From: Guillardia theta CCMP2712
Lineage: Eukaryota; Protista; Cryptophyta
Reading direction: 5' to 3'
NCBI RefSeq assembly: GCF_000315625.1
Contig: NW_005434652.1
Coordinates: forward strand, 252,254 to 316,253
Length of the DNA stretch: 64,000 nucleotides
The notes below the pieces were generated by a model. That model did not search any database. It had not been told where the DNA came from and was given only the letters and a program-made list of their open reading frames with translations. Positions 38,830 to 51,714 of the stretch are shown here, in pieces (positions within the stretch are counted from its first letter, which is position 1; every line of letters starts with the position of its first letter). Both the position numbers and the translations under genes were made by a program.

Positions 38830-39886
38830 ATGGCGACGAATGAAATGAATCCTACAAGATATCTGGTTCTAGGCCTGGCCTTCTCTTGGTTTGCAGCTCT
38901 GGTTGCCCCTTGTCATGGCTTCGGGATCCCGCCGGCATTGGAATCGTCTCATGCCTGGTTGCAGTCAAACCTGGTTCCCGTCAGGGACCTCAACTTACTA
39001 GCATCGCGGTCCCGCTTGTCTGCCTTGTCAGCTACTAGGATGGGCTTAGGTCCGAGGCCCTCACGCAGAATACTGCCAATCTTCTCAGCCGCTCGCGGGC
39101 GGGTACGGATCTCAGCCATAAGCTCTGGGAAAGCATATGTCACTGAGGTGTGCGATCTCGAATGTGTATGTTATTGCATTGGAGCTGCAGAAGAAGGACA
39201 TGGAGACGGAGCTGCAGCTGCAGAAGAAGGACATGGAGAAGGAGCTGCAGAAGAAGGACATGGAGAAGGAGCAGCAGAAGAAGGACATGGAGAAGGAGCT
39301 GCAGCTGCAGAAGAAGGACATGGAGACGCAGCTGCAGAAGAAGGACATGGAGACGCAGCTGCAGCAGCTTGCTAATTACTACAAGTGTCAACTGTCATTC
39401 CTCACCCAAAGGTGTGCATCAGGCTTGATTGAAATATGCGGAATGATATTGATGACGCAGGTATATCCTTGAGAAGCTGTTCAGGAAATTCAATCTATGT
39501 TGTCGAAGAAGGATCTCAATGCGATGCTGAAAGGAGATATTTCTATGACTGCCGTAAATCGGCTCTTGAAGGATGAGGAGCACGCAAGGTTTCGACGGAA
39601 AGTGTGGGAAACGATCGGGGTACCACAGGACCTTGTGATACCCACGTTTGATTCAAAAACGATGTTGTATGGGCAGCTCTCTGAAGTGATACACGGGTCA
39701 TCGGGAAAGCATGTGTATCTACCGTCGAATGCAGGCGAATTGGAGATCAGATTTTTCGGTGAGGTTTCAAAGCTTTTCGAGAAGGATGTAGACTATTTCG
39801 ACGTCGTGTCGGTAAATGCGGGAGAGACCCTGGAAGCTGATTTTCCCCCAAAAAACCAAACGAATTCGTCCGGATATTCAAGGTGA
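38830..39886 (+). CDS. hypothetical protein with signal+Phe leader and ELQKKDME coiled-coil repeat
   Basis: YLVLGLAFSWFAALVAPCHG|FGIP leader; intron 39148-39190; repeat exon; intron about 39412-39460; C-terminal domain containing LYGQLSEVIHG. Confidence 0.6.
39181..39366 (+). repeat. 21/27-bp coding minisatellite (7 units)
   Basis: GAGCTGCAG(CTGCAG)AAGAAGGACATGGAGA repeated. Confidence 0.9.
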
Positions 39887-40241
39887 TAACTGGGACGGTT
39901 GGGTCTCCTTGTCCCTCGCCGTGGGGGTCTAGGCCCCTCTCCAACCAAGTCGGCCTTGCGCGCCTACCGTACGGTACCGCGGCAGTACTGCAGGAAGAAA
40001 GGCAAACAGTGGAAGGACATGTAGGACGTGACGGCGTTTTGTGTGTTGGAAGTAAAGAGTTAGTTTTGTTGCTACAGGAAGATGCAGAAGTAGAAAGTAC
40101 AAAGAGACCACAGAGGCGCGCCACTTTAGACTATGATTGTGTATGAGAGCCCATACGCGGCCGAACAACATTCTACTTTGAAACAAATTGAAATTCGTTC
40201 TTTCGGATAGTACAGCTCGTACCGAATCACTTTTTGAAATT

Positions 40242-41458
40242 TCTCGGCGTACACCTCCTTGGCGGAGCTTCCTCAGGCGTGCGACAATGGCTGGATCCCC
40301 TCGCCTGAATTATTTGGGACGTCGGGCAGTGTGCTTTTCATCCCCGCCCAGCGGGAGCTCACGGCTCAGTTCCTCTCGGAGTTTCCTCGGTTCCGCAGTA
40401 TTCGGGCTCACCTTTCTGAGCGCCAGAGATCTTTGTTGGCACACCACTCCAGCTTCTCTACTCCCCTTCGAGTACCAGGCCACCCGGTTGATGAACTTCT
40501 GTCTCAGTTTACCCCTCAGCGCACGATTTGGCACTCGACTATGGAAAGTACAAACCTTGGGATCTTTGAGCAGCAGCCCATCAGCTTGGTGGCTGCCGCT
40601 GACAAGTTTCTTCATGGATTGCCGGTTGACCTCCCGCCGCACTGCGATCGATGCCATCATCTTCTCCGTCATCCTGGGGGGACCACACACATGGCAACCT
40701 GCAGGCACCGCAGCCAGTTATGGACTGATGCGCATGAGAAGTGCAATGCCGTCCTCAGTACCCTCATCAAAGATTCCGGAGTGAGATGCCGCGTCCACGT
40801 GCAAGGCGTACCCGGCACCAGGCAGAACGTTTCCCAACATGGCCCGGAAGATCATCATGTAGGGGACTTTGAACTTCCACAACTGATGGCTACTGGCGGC
40901 GGATGGCATGGGTTAATCCTGGACTTCAGCATGTCACATGTGTTTGACAATGATGGAATACCGGACCTCGCTCGGAGCAAACTGCAAGCGGCAGCACAGC
41001 GGAAGATCCGAGGGCATCGTAATGCATATGCTCAGCACGTCCCGCCAAAGGCCTTTCTTCCCATCATCGCCAGCACTGATGGCCTCTTGCAGGACGATGC
41101 GTTGCGCTTTCTGTGGTGGCTGGCGGATCGCTCGGCGAACAAGGAAACGGCAGCGCTGGATGGTCTCTCGGCCTCGCAAGACGTCTCAGGTGATCCGACT
41201 TGCAAACGCATTCGGTCCAGGATCTTCCGTCAGCTCAAGGCCTCCCTGTCCTACGCTGCCATCATCGCGGGTGCATCCCGGTATGCGTCTCATTCCTTCG
41301 GCGGCGGCCACCGCGACATCGCTGGCATGGCCGCGCGGGGACTTGTCCTGCGCGCCGTTAAGTGAAGGTATCAGTTAAGTTTGGGGGACAGCAGTCGGCA
41401 GGATTAGGTTTGGTTCTCGCTGTCTTTTCTCTTCTCGCCGTTTGGCCTGTGCGACAGT
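40242..41458 (+). mobile_element. 5'-truncated CRE-clade non-LTR retrotransposon (CCHC knuckle + RLE + 3' UTR)
   Basis: Near-identical inverted match to 53947-55167; open 368-codon frame with CDRC..H...C, VGDF, LILDFS, K and FLPI motifs. Confidence 0.9.
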
Positions 41459-42722
41459 GAAGGGGGTTGCCCTTTGAAAATAGGGGAAGCCGGCTGGAGT
41501 TGAAGTGCACTCTGGTACTAAAGACTAGACTACTGGGTGGGGTTATCCAAAGTATTGGGAAATGGGGTACTTTAACAGGGAAAATGATGGGTCAGGGTAC
41601 TTATGGCTACAGAAAGGGGGTAGGGATATTTATGTCGACGGGTGGGGTCTGTGAGAGTACATGACGCGGTCAGGTGACCGCGAAACGTGTAAAGATGCAA
41701 ACCACCCCCTCATTGATCATGAAATATACCGGTAATACAGCGTTCTTGACAATGTACCGGTGTGTTCATAGCTTATCTTCAGCCATGGGCGGGGGGTAAG
41801 GGTGATGGCACCTAGCGATGCGTGCGTACCCCCACCCCTGGACTCTGGACGTCTTAGCAAATCATCTTGAAGTACCCATATGCCAACAGTTCTTTCAAGG
41901 GGTACTTCTACATTGTAGTAAGCAAGAGTCACCCCCCCACCCCCTCTCTCTCTACCTGTACCTCCCTGACTCCGTCTTTAATAAATCAGTTTTTAGAGTT
42001 AAGTGGTCAGCCCCAGTCATGTCTATAGGCAACCCCGTAACCCTACCCTTTACATTTATACCCCATTTCCTTTGCACCCCTACCTATCTTTTGATAGTCG
42101 AATACCCCTAAAAATGACTCATATCATTTACACCCACCCCTTGTTCTGGCGAACCCTACCAATGCTGAATCTAGCTTGTCGACACTATGTTGGGTACGTT
42201 GCGCCCCGGAAAACTTCGGGGTGGGGGTGAAAATGGGGGGGTGGGGGTAGATGACTTTAATCACCCCTACCCCCCTTTTCGTAGAAGTTTCCAATGTGGC
42301 CGTTCCGCTGCTTAGGAAGGTGATACATGGGTCTAAAAGTACCGGTTCTTTCATACTGATTTGAAGGGTCCTGTGCGACGAAAGGGGGTACAAGTAAGCG
42401 AAGCTAGAAAGGCAACAGACATGGGGTGGAATATGGGAGGAGGTGGTATTGAAGGGGTGGGGTGGGATGGGGGGAAAGAGTGGTGGGAGGAAATATCCTG
42501 TGGCATTACAGGAAGCACTAAGCGCAAGGGAGCAAGACCAAGGGACAAGCAGTCGAGGAGAAGAGAAGAAGAGCAACGACCACATCAGAGTTCAGCAAAG
42601 ACATCTCCGAACAGCAACAGCAAGAAGAAGAAGGAGAAGCAACAGCTAGGACAACAACCAGAAGTACAAAACAACAAAGAAAGTTAACTAGACAAAACGA
42701 AGAACAAGCTTTGCTATTAGAA

Positions 42723-43169
42723 ATGGAGAACGATAGAGTATCTAGGTATCACAAGCTCAAGGGACTGTTTCAGTTCCGTCAGAAGGAAGCGGCAAAGCAT
42801 TTGGTGAGTGTTCTGATGAGATCGAAGTGAATGGAAACTTACACTCTGTTACAGGGCGTCTCGTTGACTACCATCAAGAAGTACTGTCGTCAGGCAGGGA
42901 TTCACAAGTGGCCTTACGCAAGGGAGAACATCGAAGTTAACCCGAGGTCAAAGCGACAGCAAAAGACCGAGTACATACAGGAGAAGGCAGCGAGATGTGT
43001 TGGAGCTCTCAGTGACGAAAACATGCTCGTGGAAAACAGCCGTATCCTCAAGCGACCCGAAGTTTCGGCGGAGCACTCGCTATTGAACAACTCGATGGTT
43101 CACATGAAAGTTGTGCTTGAGAGCGACTGGTTCCGAGACGCGTTCGATTATATCGAGACCGCCATATGA
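42723..43169 (+). CDS. small RWP-RK transcription factor
   Basis: LKGLFQFRQKEAAKHL|GVSLTTIKKYCRQAGIHKWPYAR, with intron 42804-42854. Confidence 0.88.
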
Positions 43170-43588
43170 TAGAGCAAATCACATGTACACTAGATGAGAC
43201 TGGAGAGTTTCTTACTGGGGTGGAAATCGAATCCTTCTTGTCTCATCATATCGATTCTGTATAAACTAAATCAATTCCGCAAACATATTATGTCTAACTT
43301 GATCATTACAAAGGATGTCTTGTTGCTCTTGTCTGGCAAGTTTTCTACTGTCCAAGGATATCAGCATTGTTTGTAGAGCTGGTAGCTTTGACAGATCCTC
43401 ATGTCGCTCTTGCACTAGATGCATGCCTTGCAACATAACAGCTCAAAGATCGGCACAATCGTTGATGTCCTGTGTTGAAACTCGAACAGAACACAGGGAG
43501 GTCAAATCGCTGATGATCGCAATTCATCGTTTATTACATATGCACAAAAGACTGCCTTTGGCTCAAATTACATCCTTCCCATCCAGTG

Positions 43589-46500
43589 TCACTTAGGAGG
43601 CTTGCCAAGTAGTTCAGCCCGCAGCTGCTGGAGGGTCGGTCGAGCGTGACCTGCAGACACACGTTAGCAGTAGACCTCCTCCTCCTCCTCCTCCTCCTCC
43701 TCCTCCTCCTCCTCCTCTTGCTACTGACCTGGCTTGTGCTCCCCTTCATCGGTCGTTTCCTTGACATGGTCCACGCTCTCGCTCGAGGGCTGCGACTCGA
43801 TGGTGATGATGGTTGTGGTGCTTGTCGAGTCGTGGATCTCAATGTTCTGCGTTCGATTTGCCTCTGCAAGGAGTGATGCGTCACAGCAGCACAAGAATCA
43901 CCATGGTGCTCTTACTCGCTGCATGAGCCTGTACGCTCTTCTCCTGCTTCAAGACCTTGCGGACAATCGTCTTCTTCGTCTTGGCAAGGTACTGTCAAAA
44001 CTCCATCATCAATCCTCGTGAAAGGCTGTACAACAGGAGCGAGCAACCTGTTTGCCCTCTTGCATGATGTCGGTCGGGAGCATGTCGACGATCGCTGCCC
44101 TGTAGAGTATGGATCAATCCGAGCATTGTTCTCCTTGCTCTGTTTACCTTGGCCCTTTGAGCAGGGCGTGCGACTGATCGAGGTACTTTGAGAGAGGTCC
44201 ACCTGTGAGGGAGGAGATGAGGGCGAGAGCGAAGCATCATCAACGCAGACCTGCACGAAAATCGGTGTATGGGAAGAACTGCGATGAAAGGAACAGGGCT
44301 CAGGTCAAGACAGCACGAGGAAGGCAACTCAAGGCAGGGACTTACAGCATGCAGGCAGATGGCGTACACGAACATCTCGATCACAACGAGAAGGTTCTGG
44401 AGTCCTTTCGCAACGTCTTCGGACCTGAGCAGGAAGGTTACGAGCGGCAGCAACTTGAGGCATAGAAGACGTACGTGTATTCCAAGACTGGTGGGATCAT
44501 GTCAACCTCGACAAGGAAGGTGACGATGATTTGCTGCCACCAAGAGAAGAAGACGACAGCCTGAGAAAGAGTTTACTCTCCTGGACTCAAGGGAAAGTTC
44601 TGCGGACCTTGACAACCAGGAACTTTCCGAGAGGATTGAGAGACATGAGCTCCTTTTTGAGCTGCAGGAAATTGCATTTGTGAGATGTGCACACAAAAGG
44701 CAGCTCAAGGAGAGGGAGTTCAGTGTCGGGAGGAAAACAGAATCAGTAACTTCAAAACCATGGACAAGACCAAAGACACAGACTCCGCTGTGCTTTAGTG
44801 GCATGCAAGCAAGAAGAGGGAGGAAGGGAGGGGAGAGGGAGAAAATTCTCACTTCGATGTAGAAGACAACTAGGCAATAAAGTGCCCAGCACTGAGAGCA
44901 GTTGATGATGATCAGCGTCCAGACATAGGCTTTGTCCACCGAGAAATGTCCTTCTCCATACCTAGAAAACAATGAGAAGGACGAGGGGCAGGATTGAAGA
45001 AGCGATGGAACAGAGAATGATGCCAAGCCATCTTTAGACAAGAAAGGGGACAGAAAGCATTTGAGAGCCGCACATGTCGTATTGTTGAAAGATTATGACC
45101 ATGACAGCGACAAGGGTCCTGATGAACACATACTGCAAAAATATTAGGATGAAGTAAAGTTAAGGAGATGATCGAAACCTGCCAAACACCAATCGATGTC
45201 CGACGAAGAAATTGAGTGTCCAGTGTCCATTGTCTGCAGAAGCTCTCATATTAGTGCACTTCTCACGACGTTCATCGGGGTTACTTCAAACAACAGCACG
45301 GTGCGATGTGTTTGGCTTTGTTGGTTCCTTTCTCCGATGCTAGCTTGGCCATCTTTCGTACACAGATTAATCCCTATCATCAACATCTACGAATTTCCGT
45401 ACTTTTGCCAGGGCAATATCGGGTGGTCCCATGAATTCAAGCAACAAGCGGAAAAAGGAGTAGACGACATAAGCCTTGCAGGAAAGGGGAGGGTAAGATT
45501 CAGAAACGCGAGACGAGAGAAGGAAGATGACAGACCTCGTAAGCTTCTCGAAGAGTCTCCATGATGAGTTTGTGGTCGTTGAATCTCAATGCGAGCCAGG
45601 ACTCAATCTATGTGGCATTAGTCACTGCGGAAAAGTTGCCTTCCCGAACACATCCAACTTACTGAGTAGATAGGCACCATCCATAAGATGCGGATGTAAT
45701 GTCTTTGTAAAGGAGAAACGTAATGCAAGATGTGCATGTGAATGTCATGAAGAGAGATCGGAACAGAGACGGCCACAAAGACAGCTCCTATCGCCCATGC
45801 AAGCACATGTTCCCCATATTGCTTCTGAATGACAAGTTGTAGCGAGAGGAAGGAAAGGAGGCCGACCAAGATGAACGTAATCGCTAGCATGATCCGACTT
45901 GTCTCAACCCACCATCTGTTAACGTGAACTCCATACATGGAGATGAAGTTCGCTGTCGGCGCTTGCCTCGGTTCATCATCATCCGCATGCGATGTCGATG
46001 AAGCTGCGTGCTTTTCACCTCCACCCTGAGGATCCGGATCAGAAGAAGATTACACCGAAGCCTTCAAAGAGACAAGATAGCACTACACGTACCGATTCGT
46101 GAGATTCCTCATACTCATAATCTTCAGAGCACCAAATTGCCTCCTGTTGATCGGGTCAGCAACAATCCGTTCAATGCAGCAGACCCTGGACGAGTCGTCA
46201 AGACCTGGAAGTCGAGATCATCTTCGTCTCTATTCCACAACGGTTTCACTTCTAGCTTCTGTTGTCTTACAAGCTCGCGCAGCTCCTGCACTCTCCTCGA
46301 ATATTCGCTCTTCTTCGTGCCCGACGACGACTCAGACGCTGCAGAGGAGTTGGCCTTGTGTGTTTTAGGCTTGCTTGTGAAGGAGGGAAACAACCCAGAA
46401 AGCCTTGCCTTCCAGCTCTTGCTCTCATCTGTAAGGAAACAGAAACACGCACATCACATTGTCGAAATCATTCGCATGCGTTCAGTCAAACCTGCATCCA

Positions 46501-46664
46501 CGAGCTTTTGATGCATGCTTTCAGAGCCTTTGGAACAGCACAGAAAAATTTCAGAACAAACAAGAACAACAATAGAAAAGTCTTGATACCATTGACTGAA
46601 AGATCTCCAGCCTTCTCCAACGCATCATCGTTGGTGGCACTACCAACCCTCCCTTTTTCCATGA
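43589..46664 (-). CDS. TMEM184: TMEM184 / organic solute transporter alpha family protein (5' end approximate)
   Basis: LQRHYIRILWMVPIYS, LREAYE|AYVVYSFF, YGEGHF, SQCWALYCLVVFY, NPLGKFLVVK|AVVFFSWWQ, GLQNLLVVIEM. Confidence 0.92.
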
Positions 46665-47823
46665 TGGTTCAAGTTTGGAAAGGATATGGCAGCAGGACTT
46701 AGAGTCCAAAGGGGAATGGAGTATCGATGGACTGAAGACTCAGAAACAGGATCCGGTAAGAGTGAACAAGCTTTCCCTTTCTTTAGTTTTCCTCCATAAC
46801 ACCGCTCTGCTAATTCCTTCGGGGATGTTGCAACCAAACAGAAAAATTGTTACCCCCGTTTGCTGATTTGCCTTCTCTCACTCCACCCACAACATCTGCA
46901 TCCCAAAAAGCGCTTTAAAGCACGAGATTCCGCCATCTCCTTGTCTTCTCTGACCATGTTCCATCTTCCCCTTCTCGTCTCTTGCCGTCCCTAGTAATAC
47001 ATTTTTCGCCATGGCGGGATTGGGGACTATCAATGGAAATATTTTGGCAATCCAAGCATTTTTGGGCCTAGGTATATGAATTTCTTCATATCTTGATAGG
47101 ACCTTGTCCTAGGACTAACTTCAAGATTAACATCTAAATTACATGGTTCGAAAATTGACTACACAGGGTTCTAGTCAAACAATTGAAAACTTGAACTACC
47201 CCTACCCCCAATTTTCGCTTCAAAATGACCCACTATGCTATCTCTGGATCATTCCCCTAGAGTTCCAAACTTTACTCCCCCAAACATCGCCACTGTAGTT
47301 TTGAAAAAGGGGCACGAAACTGAATTTATTTGATTTAAATTAAGCTTTCTGATAATATATTTGAGGAGGCATAGTGAATTTTATTGAGTCAAGCCTTTGA
47401 AGGTCGCCGACCGTGTCCGGACTCGGTCACGAGAGTCCGTCCGGCCCGAGCCTGTTCCGGGCCTCAGTCCTGCGGCGCTTTATTATAGCCTATCATAGTG
47501 TGTAGTAAACATGAAAGTCAAACTCAGTCAGTAGTCAAAGACTGCCCGGCCGGTCAAACGAAGATTCTCCGAGTTGTCCCAGTGAAAAGCCTCTTTCGTT
47601 TCTTTAAGTTCTTCCTTGCGGCAGTGCGGCCTTGGCAGAGTCTTGACTTGACTTCTCCCGGCGGCGTCGACCGTCGCTAGCGAGTAAACCTGTCCGACAG
47701 GCTGGACGGTCCAGCCACACCTTGACATGTAAATCAGTGGTAACATGTGGCAAGTTGTTTTGCGACCTCGACAAGCGCCAAGCAGTCCCAACAAACAAAG
47801 AAACGCCATCGACGAACACCTCT

Positions 47824-47904
47824 ATGAGGGCAAAGCAGAAGGTTAGTTGTGTTCAATCCAACAAGTGAGAAGCTGTCAATCTGTAACTCGGAGATGTGAA
47901 CAAT
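47824..47904 (+). pseudogene. 3' remnant of the micro-protein family (MRAKQKVS..)
   Basis: ATGAGGGCAAAGCAGAAGGTTAG..CAAGTGAG..CTGTAACTCGGAGA..GAACAAT matches 49199-49280. Confidence 0.65.
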
Positions 47905-49016
47905 GGCTTGTTTGAGACCTATCATCGGTACTTGAGGTACGGTACGGTGAGAGACCAGGTAAACTGATTCGTATTACAGCTCACTGTGCTAGGACAGGCT
48001 GATACGTATGATAAACTGTACGGATGTTGTGTACACGATATAGAGTGTGACGATGCAACAAACGAGATAAGGACGAGTGTGATAGGATAGAAGATAGAAG
48101 TCTTTTAGTATACTTGAAGTGAACTAGGCACATTCAGCACACTTGCAACTTGATGTGCATGCAGGGAGAATGAAGGAGGCCGATCGCTAATGATGACGTC
48201 TGGAAACTCATGTAAACAGCAACAGTGATATCTTGGTTTCGGGGAGGGGGAGGGGGGTGGGGGGGATGGTTGTCCCTTCGAGAATGAAAGAGATCACCAG
48301 AGCAATCACTGCTTCGTTTATTTGAACACAACGAGCACGATAGACTACCGCTGTCGGCTAGGACATAAACCTATTGCCCGAGCATTGCAACATTGAAGGT
48401 GAATTTGAAGCAGAAATTCCCATCCCTGGAGGTTCGCCTCCGGTTTGCCACGTGTGCCCTGTTCCACAACGGAAAGATGTGTGACCGCAACCTTAGCACC
48501 GCAGCAGGTGACCTGCCATCTGCGCTTTGGAAAGCCCTTCACCGTGCCGTACCTGTCGTGTCTTTCTGTGAACGATTTCCTGTTTTCTTGTTGCCCTCAC
48601 CCGGTGACCCGTGAACACATCCTACTTGCGTCGATGCCTTAACGTTGTGCTTTCTTTCTCTGAGGCAGACTCATGGGCCCTGTCAGCATGCTGACAGGGT
48701 CGCCTTCGAAGCCATGTCACTGCCATGCTGTGGCTGGATGAAAAAAAAAAACATTACTCATCAGACCCCTTCGTTTTGACTCAATTGAACCGGTAGTGAC
48801 CGTATGAGTTCTCGAACTTGAGTTAAACGGCCAGGGAGCTGTAAAAGCATGAAGGTCAAACTGTAGTCAAAGCTTTTGGTTGTTAATTTATATAACAACC
48901 CATCCCTACTCTCCACGCTCCACCTTCTAGCGAACCCGACGATCCTTTCTCTTCCCTCCAAGTCTTGCCTGCTCTCAACCTACCACAGCCTGCATCTTAC
49001 CCATCCTGCTCTACGA

Positions 49017-49240
49017 ATGGTTGCAAATACAAAGAACAACCAAGCGCAAGGCGCTCTATCACCATCGTCAGCGAGTCCTTCTACCTCAGCAATCGCCAAG
49101 CAGCCCCCACAGACAACACAATGCCACCAACTAGCACCTCAGGCAGAGTCAAAGAACCAACGCTTGCGCGTGCTCAAAATCCGCTCCTTAGAAACGTGAT
49201 GAGGGCAAAGGAGAAGGTCAGCTTGATCAACAGCAAGTGA
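49017..49240 (+). pseudogene. frameshifted paralogue of the 79-aa micro-protein at 51307
   Basis: MVANT start, then RRSITIVSESFYL..LLRNVMRAKEK in another frame; adding one A near 49031-49033 restores the frame. Confidence 0.7.
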
Positions 49241-51306
49241 GCAACAAACTATCATTCTGTAACTCGGAGACGAGAACAATTATTCATTTGTGTCCAATGT
49301 ACATTAGATACAGCGTAAGACCAAGTAAAATATTTTGTCTGATAGCAAAAACCATTGAATAAATGTGCTTTGTCAGCAGACATGCCTCAAAGAATCCAAA
49401 TCCCTTCTGCACCGAACCAAGCTCATACCGCAAACAAAATCGCACGTGTCAAGGAAAGAGATTCATGTCCTAGCGAGCAGCAGTAGCCTGCCCTGTTTGT
49501 TGTGATCCAGTAAACACAACTTCTGCTTGTTCTGGCAATCTATATTGAAACATTATTGATTGCAGAAACATGACTCTGGTCAGCAGTGAATGAAGTCCCG
49601 TCCCATGGATAGCTTACTGCATCTTGTGCTATGGTCCTTCTCCTATGATACACAATAGCCATTACTTTTTACTGAATAGCGCCCACTTCAACTTGTACCT
49701 CGTCCTTGTTGTTACATCGTCACAATGGTTGCACGAAGGATAAATGCGCTCGAGGAAGCGATGAATCAGGATGATTCCTCTTGCCAACGCAATCTGCTCA
49801 GAGACACATACGTGCAGCAATGCTGAAGACAAGAGGGTATCATGCATTTTGATCGTGTATATGTTGTATACACAATCTTGCGTAAGACCTTGAACTCCGA
49901 TGATCTTAGGATCACAATTTATTAAGCACACTGAACACTCATCAGATCAGCACCATCGTCGTCCTATTTCCCTACGCTACGTCCAAGAGGCGTCCGGTAT
50001 GAGCCCAGGATACAACAGTATGTGTGCCAAGACAAGCTGGGAGATTCTTGCACATGCATGGGTACTGGGGAGGAAGATAACAATCTTTGTTTAAGTCCGA
50101 GTTGTGTGTATCATATCCAATGTTGGTCTGTGGTCTACATCTGCTTGATATCGGCAAGTCACGTTAAGCTGCAGTTCAAGGAATCAGTCAAGCACGCTAT
50201 CATTGTGCATCATCAGCAATCAATGATGATATCGATGCATCGATCTTTCGATACTCCGATGCCTTATGTTAGTCAACCCTGCAGTGACACCACGACTGAC
50301 AGTTTGCACATCCCATCCCAACACCATACGGTCAACAGCTATCAATAAATCATCAGCGAACCCTCACGTCGGACCTTGATCGAGATCCTGAATGATGTGA
50401 CGAGTCCGAGTCAAAATGCGTTCATCGGATATTTTTAGATTTCTGCGTTGATTTCGAAGTTCGAGAACTTTCTTACTCGAGGCGCTGCAGTGACAGGCTT
50501 GCCAGCCTGGCACTCCCTGGCAGGGCAACGTGACCTCATCCTGTAGAGGACCGTCCGACCTGGCAGTCACGGGGACTGACCGGGGACCGGCCGGGGGGCG
50601 TGTAAAGCTTGCCTGGCTTCAACTATTTGACCATTTGTTTGACCCGCTGATGACCGTCTGCTGCTCAGCCTCGAAACGGCGAGCTTTCAGAGCTTGTGTC
50701 TCCGTACTCGTTCGAATTCTTTTCTCTTTTTTCAACCTGGCCTCTTCAATTTGGAAAAGGGATACCGGAGATTCAAAGCGCCACACCAAGAGTTCTGTCA
50801 GCAACCCGAGTGACAGCGCAAACGCATCGGATGGGGTTTGTGGCCTCTTTACCACTTGGAGAGTACCCCCCTCCTAGCACTCAAAAGCACCCGTCACCAA
50901 ATCGTCTGCCATCAAATTTGAACAAAATTCATGGTCCGTGACTTCAATGAATTCCATGCCATTCTAACGAAGAGAGCGTTCTATGCCACTACCCCCTGTA
51001 ATTCTTGTACACCCAAACATTTCCCACAATGAACCCCTATCTTGACCTGACCCCCGTACCCCTTTTATGTTGTTTACCCCCTTGAAAACCGGACCCCCTT
51101 ATAAAACAACTCGGCACTCCCGTCCCTCTCTATAAAAAGATGAGTCCCTTGCAACAGCTACAACATAGTTCCTCGAGAAGGGAAACATAAGACGTTAACT
51201 GTACAATCCTCCGCCCCTCCCCAACGTTGCAAGATCTCCTTACCGCACACAACTTGCTATCTTTCATTGAGATAATTCTGCACTGATCGCTGAATTCTAC
51301 TGTCGA

Positions 51307-51546
51307 ATGGTTGCCAACACAACAGAAGCAAGCAACAGGCGCTCCATCACCATCACCAGCGAATCCTTCTATCTCGACAAACATATCCCCTCTGTATCGA
51401 CCGACTCTTCGAAGAGAATGGCACCAACGTATTCAGGTGTCAACAGATCGGCGAGTGGCGAGAAGGACGCTAAGGCAAATTTCCTGCTGCAGAACGTGAT
51501 CAGGGCGAAAGAGAAGAGCGGAATGCATATCAAGCTGGATTCTTAA
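51307..51546 (+). CDS. 79-aa micro-protein of unknown function
   Basis: Intact ORF whose motifs RRSITITSESFYL and LLQNVIRAKEK are conserved in the paralogue at 49017. Confidence 0.7.
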   Translation: MVANTTEASNRRSITITSESFYLDKHIPSVSTDSSKRMAPTYSGVNRSASGEKDAKANFLLQNVIRAKEKSGMHIKLDS

Positions 51547-51714
51547 AATCCAGCTAGATTTGAGTGCATTCGAAAATGTTAATAGCTGTAGCATATTTCT
51601 ATCCTCTAAAGCAAAGCTTTGATCATAGGCGTCATATTTCTCGTGTACTTATAAATGAACATATTTGCAGACACCTGATCGATTGACCACGTTTGGAAAG
51701 GAAAGCTTGATCGT

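Noticed and set aside
39181-39366. Possible CRISPR-like array
   Set aside because: Units are contiguous with no unique spacers, are multiples of 3 and lie in an exon; no cas genes; eukaryotic context.
40200-41500. Target-site duplication around the truncated CRE (CTTTTTGAAAT vs CCTTTGAAAAT)
   Set aside because: Imperfect, and offset about 12 nt from the 3' junction.
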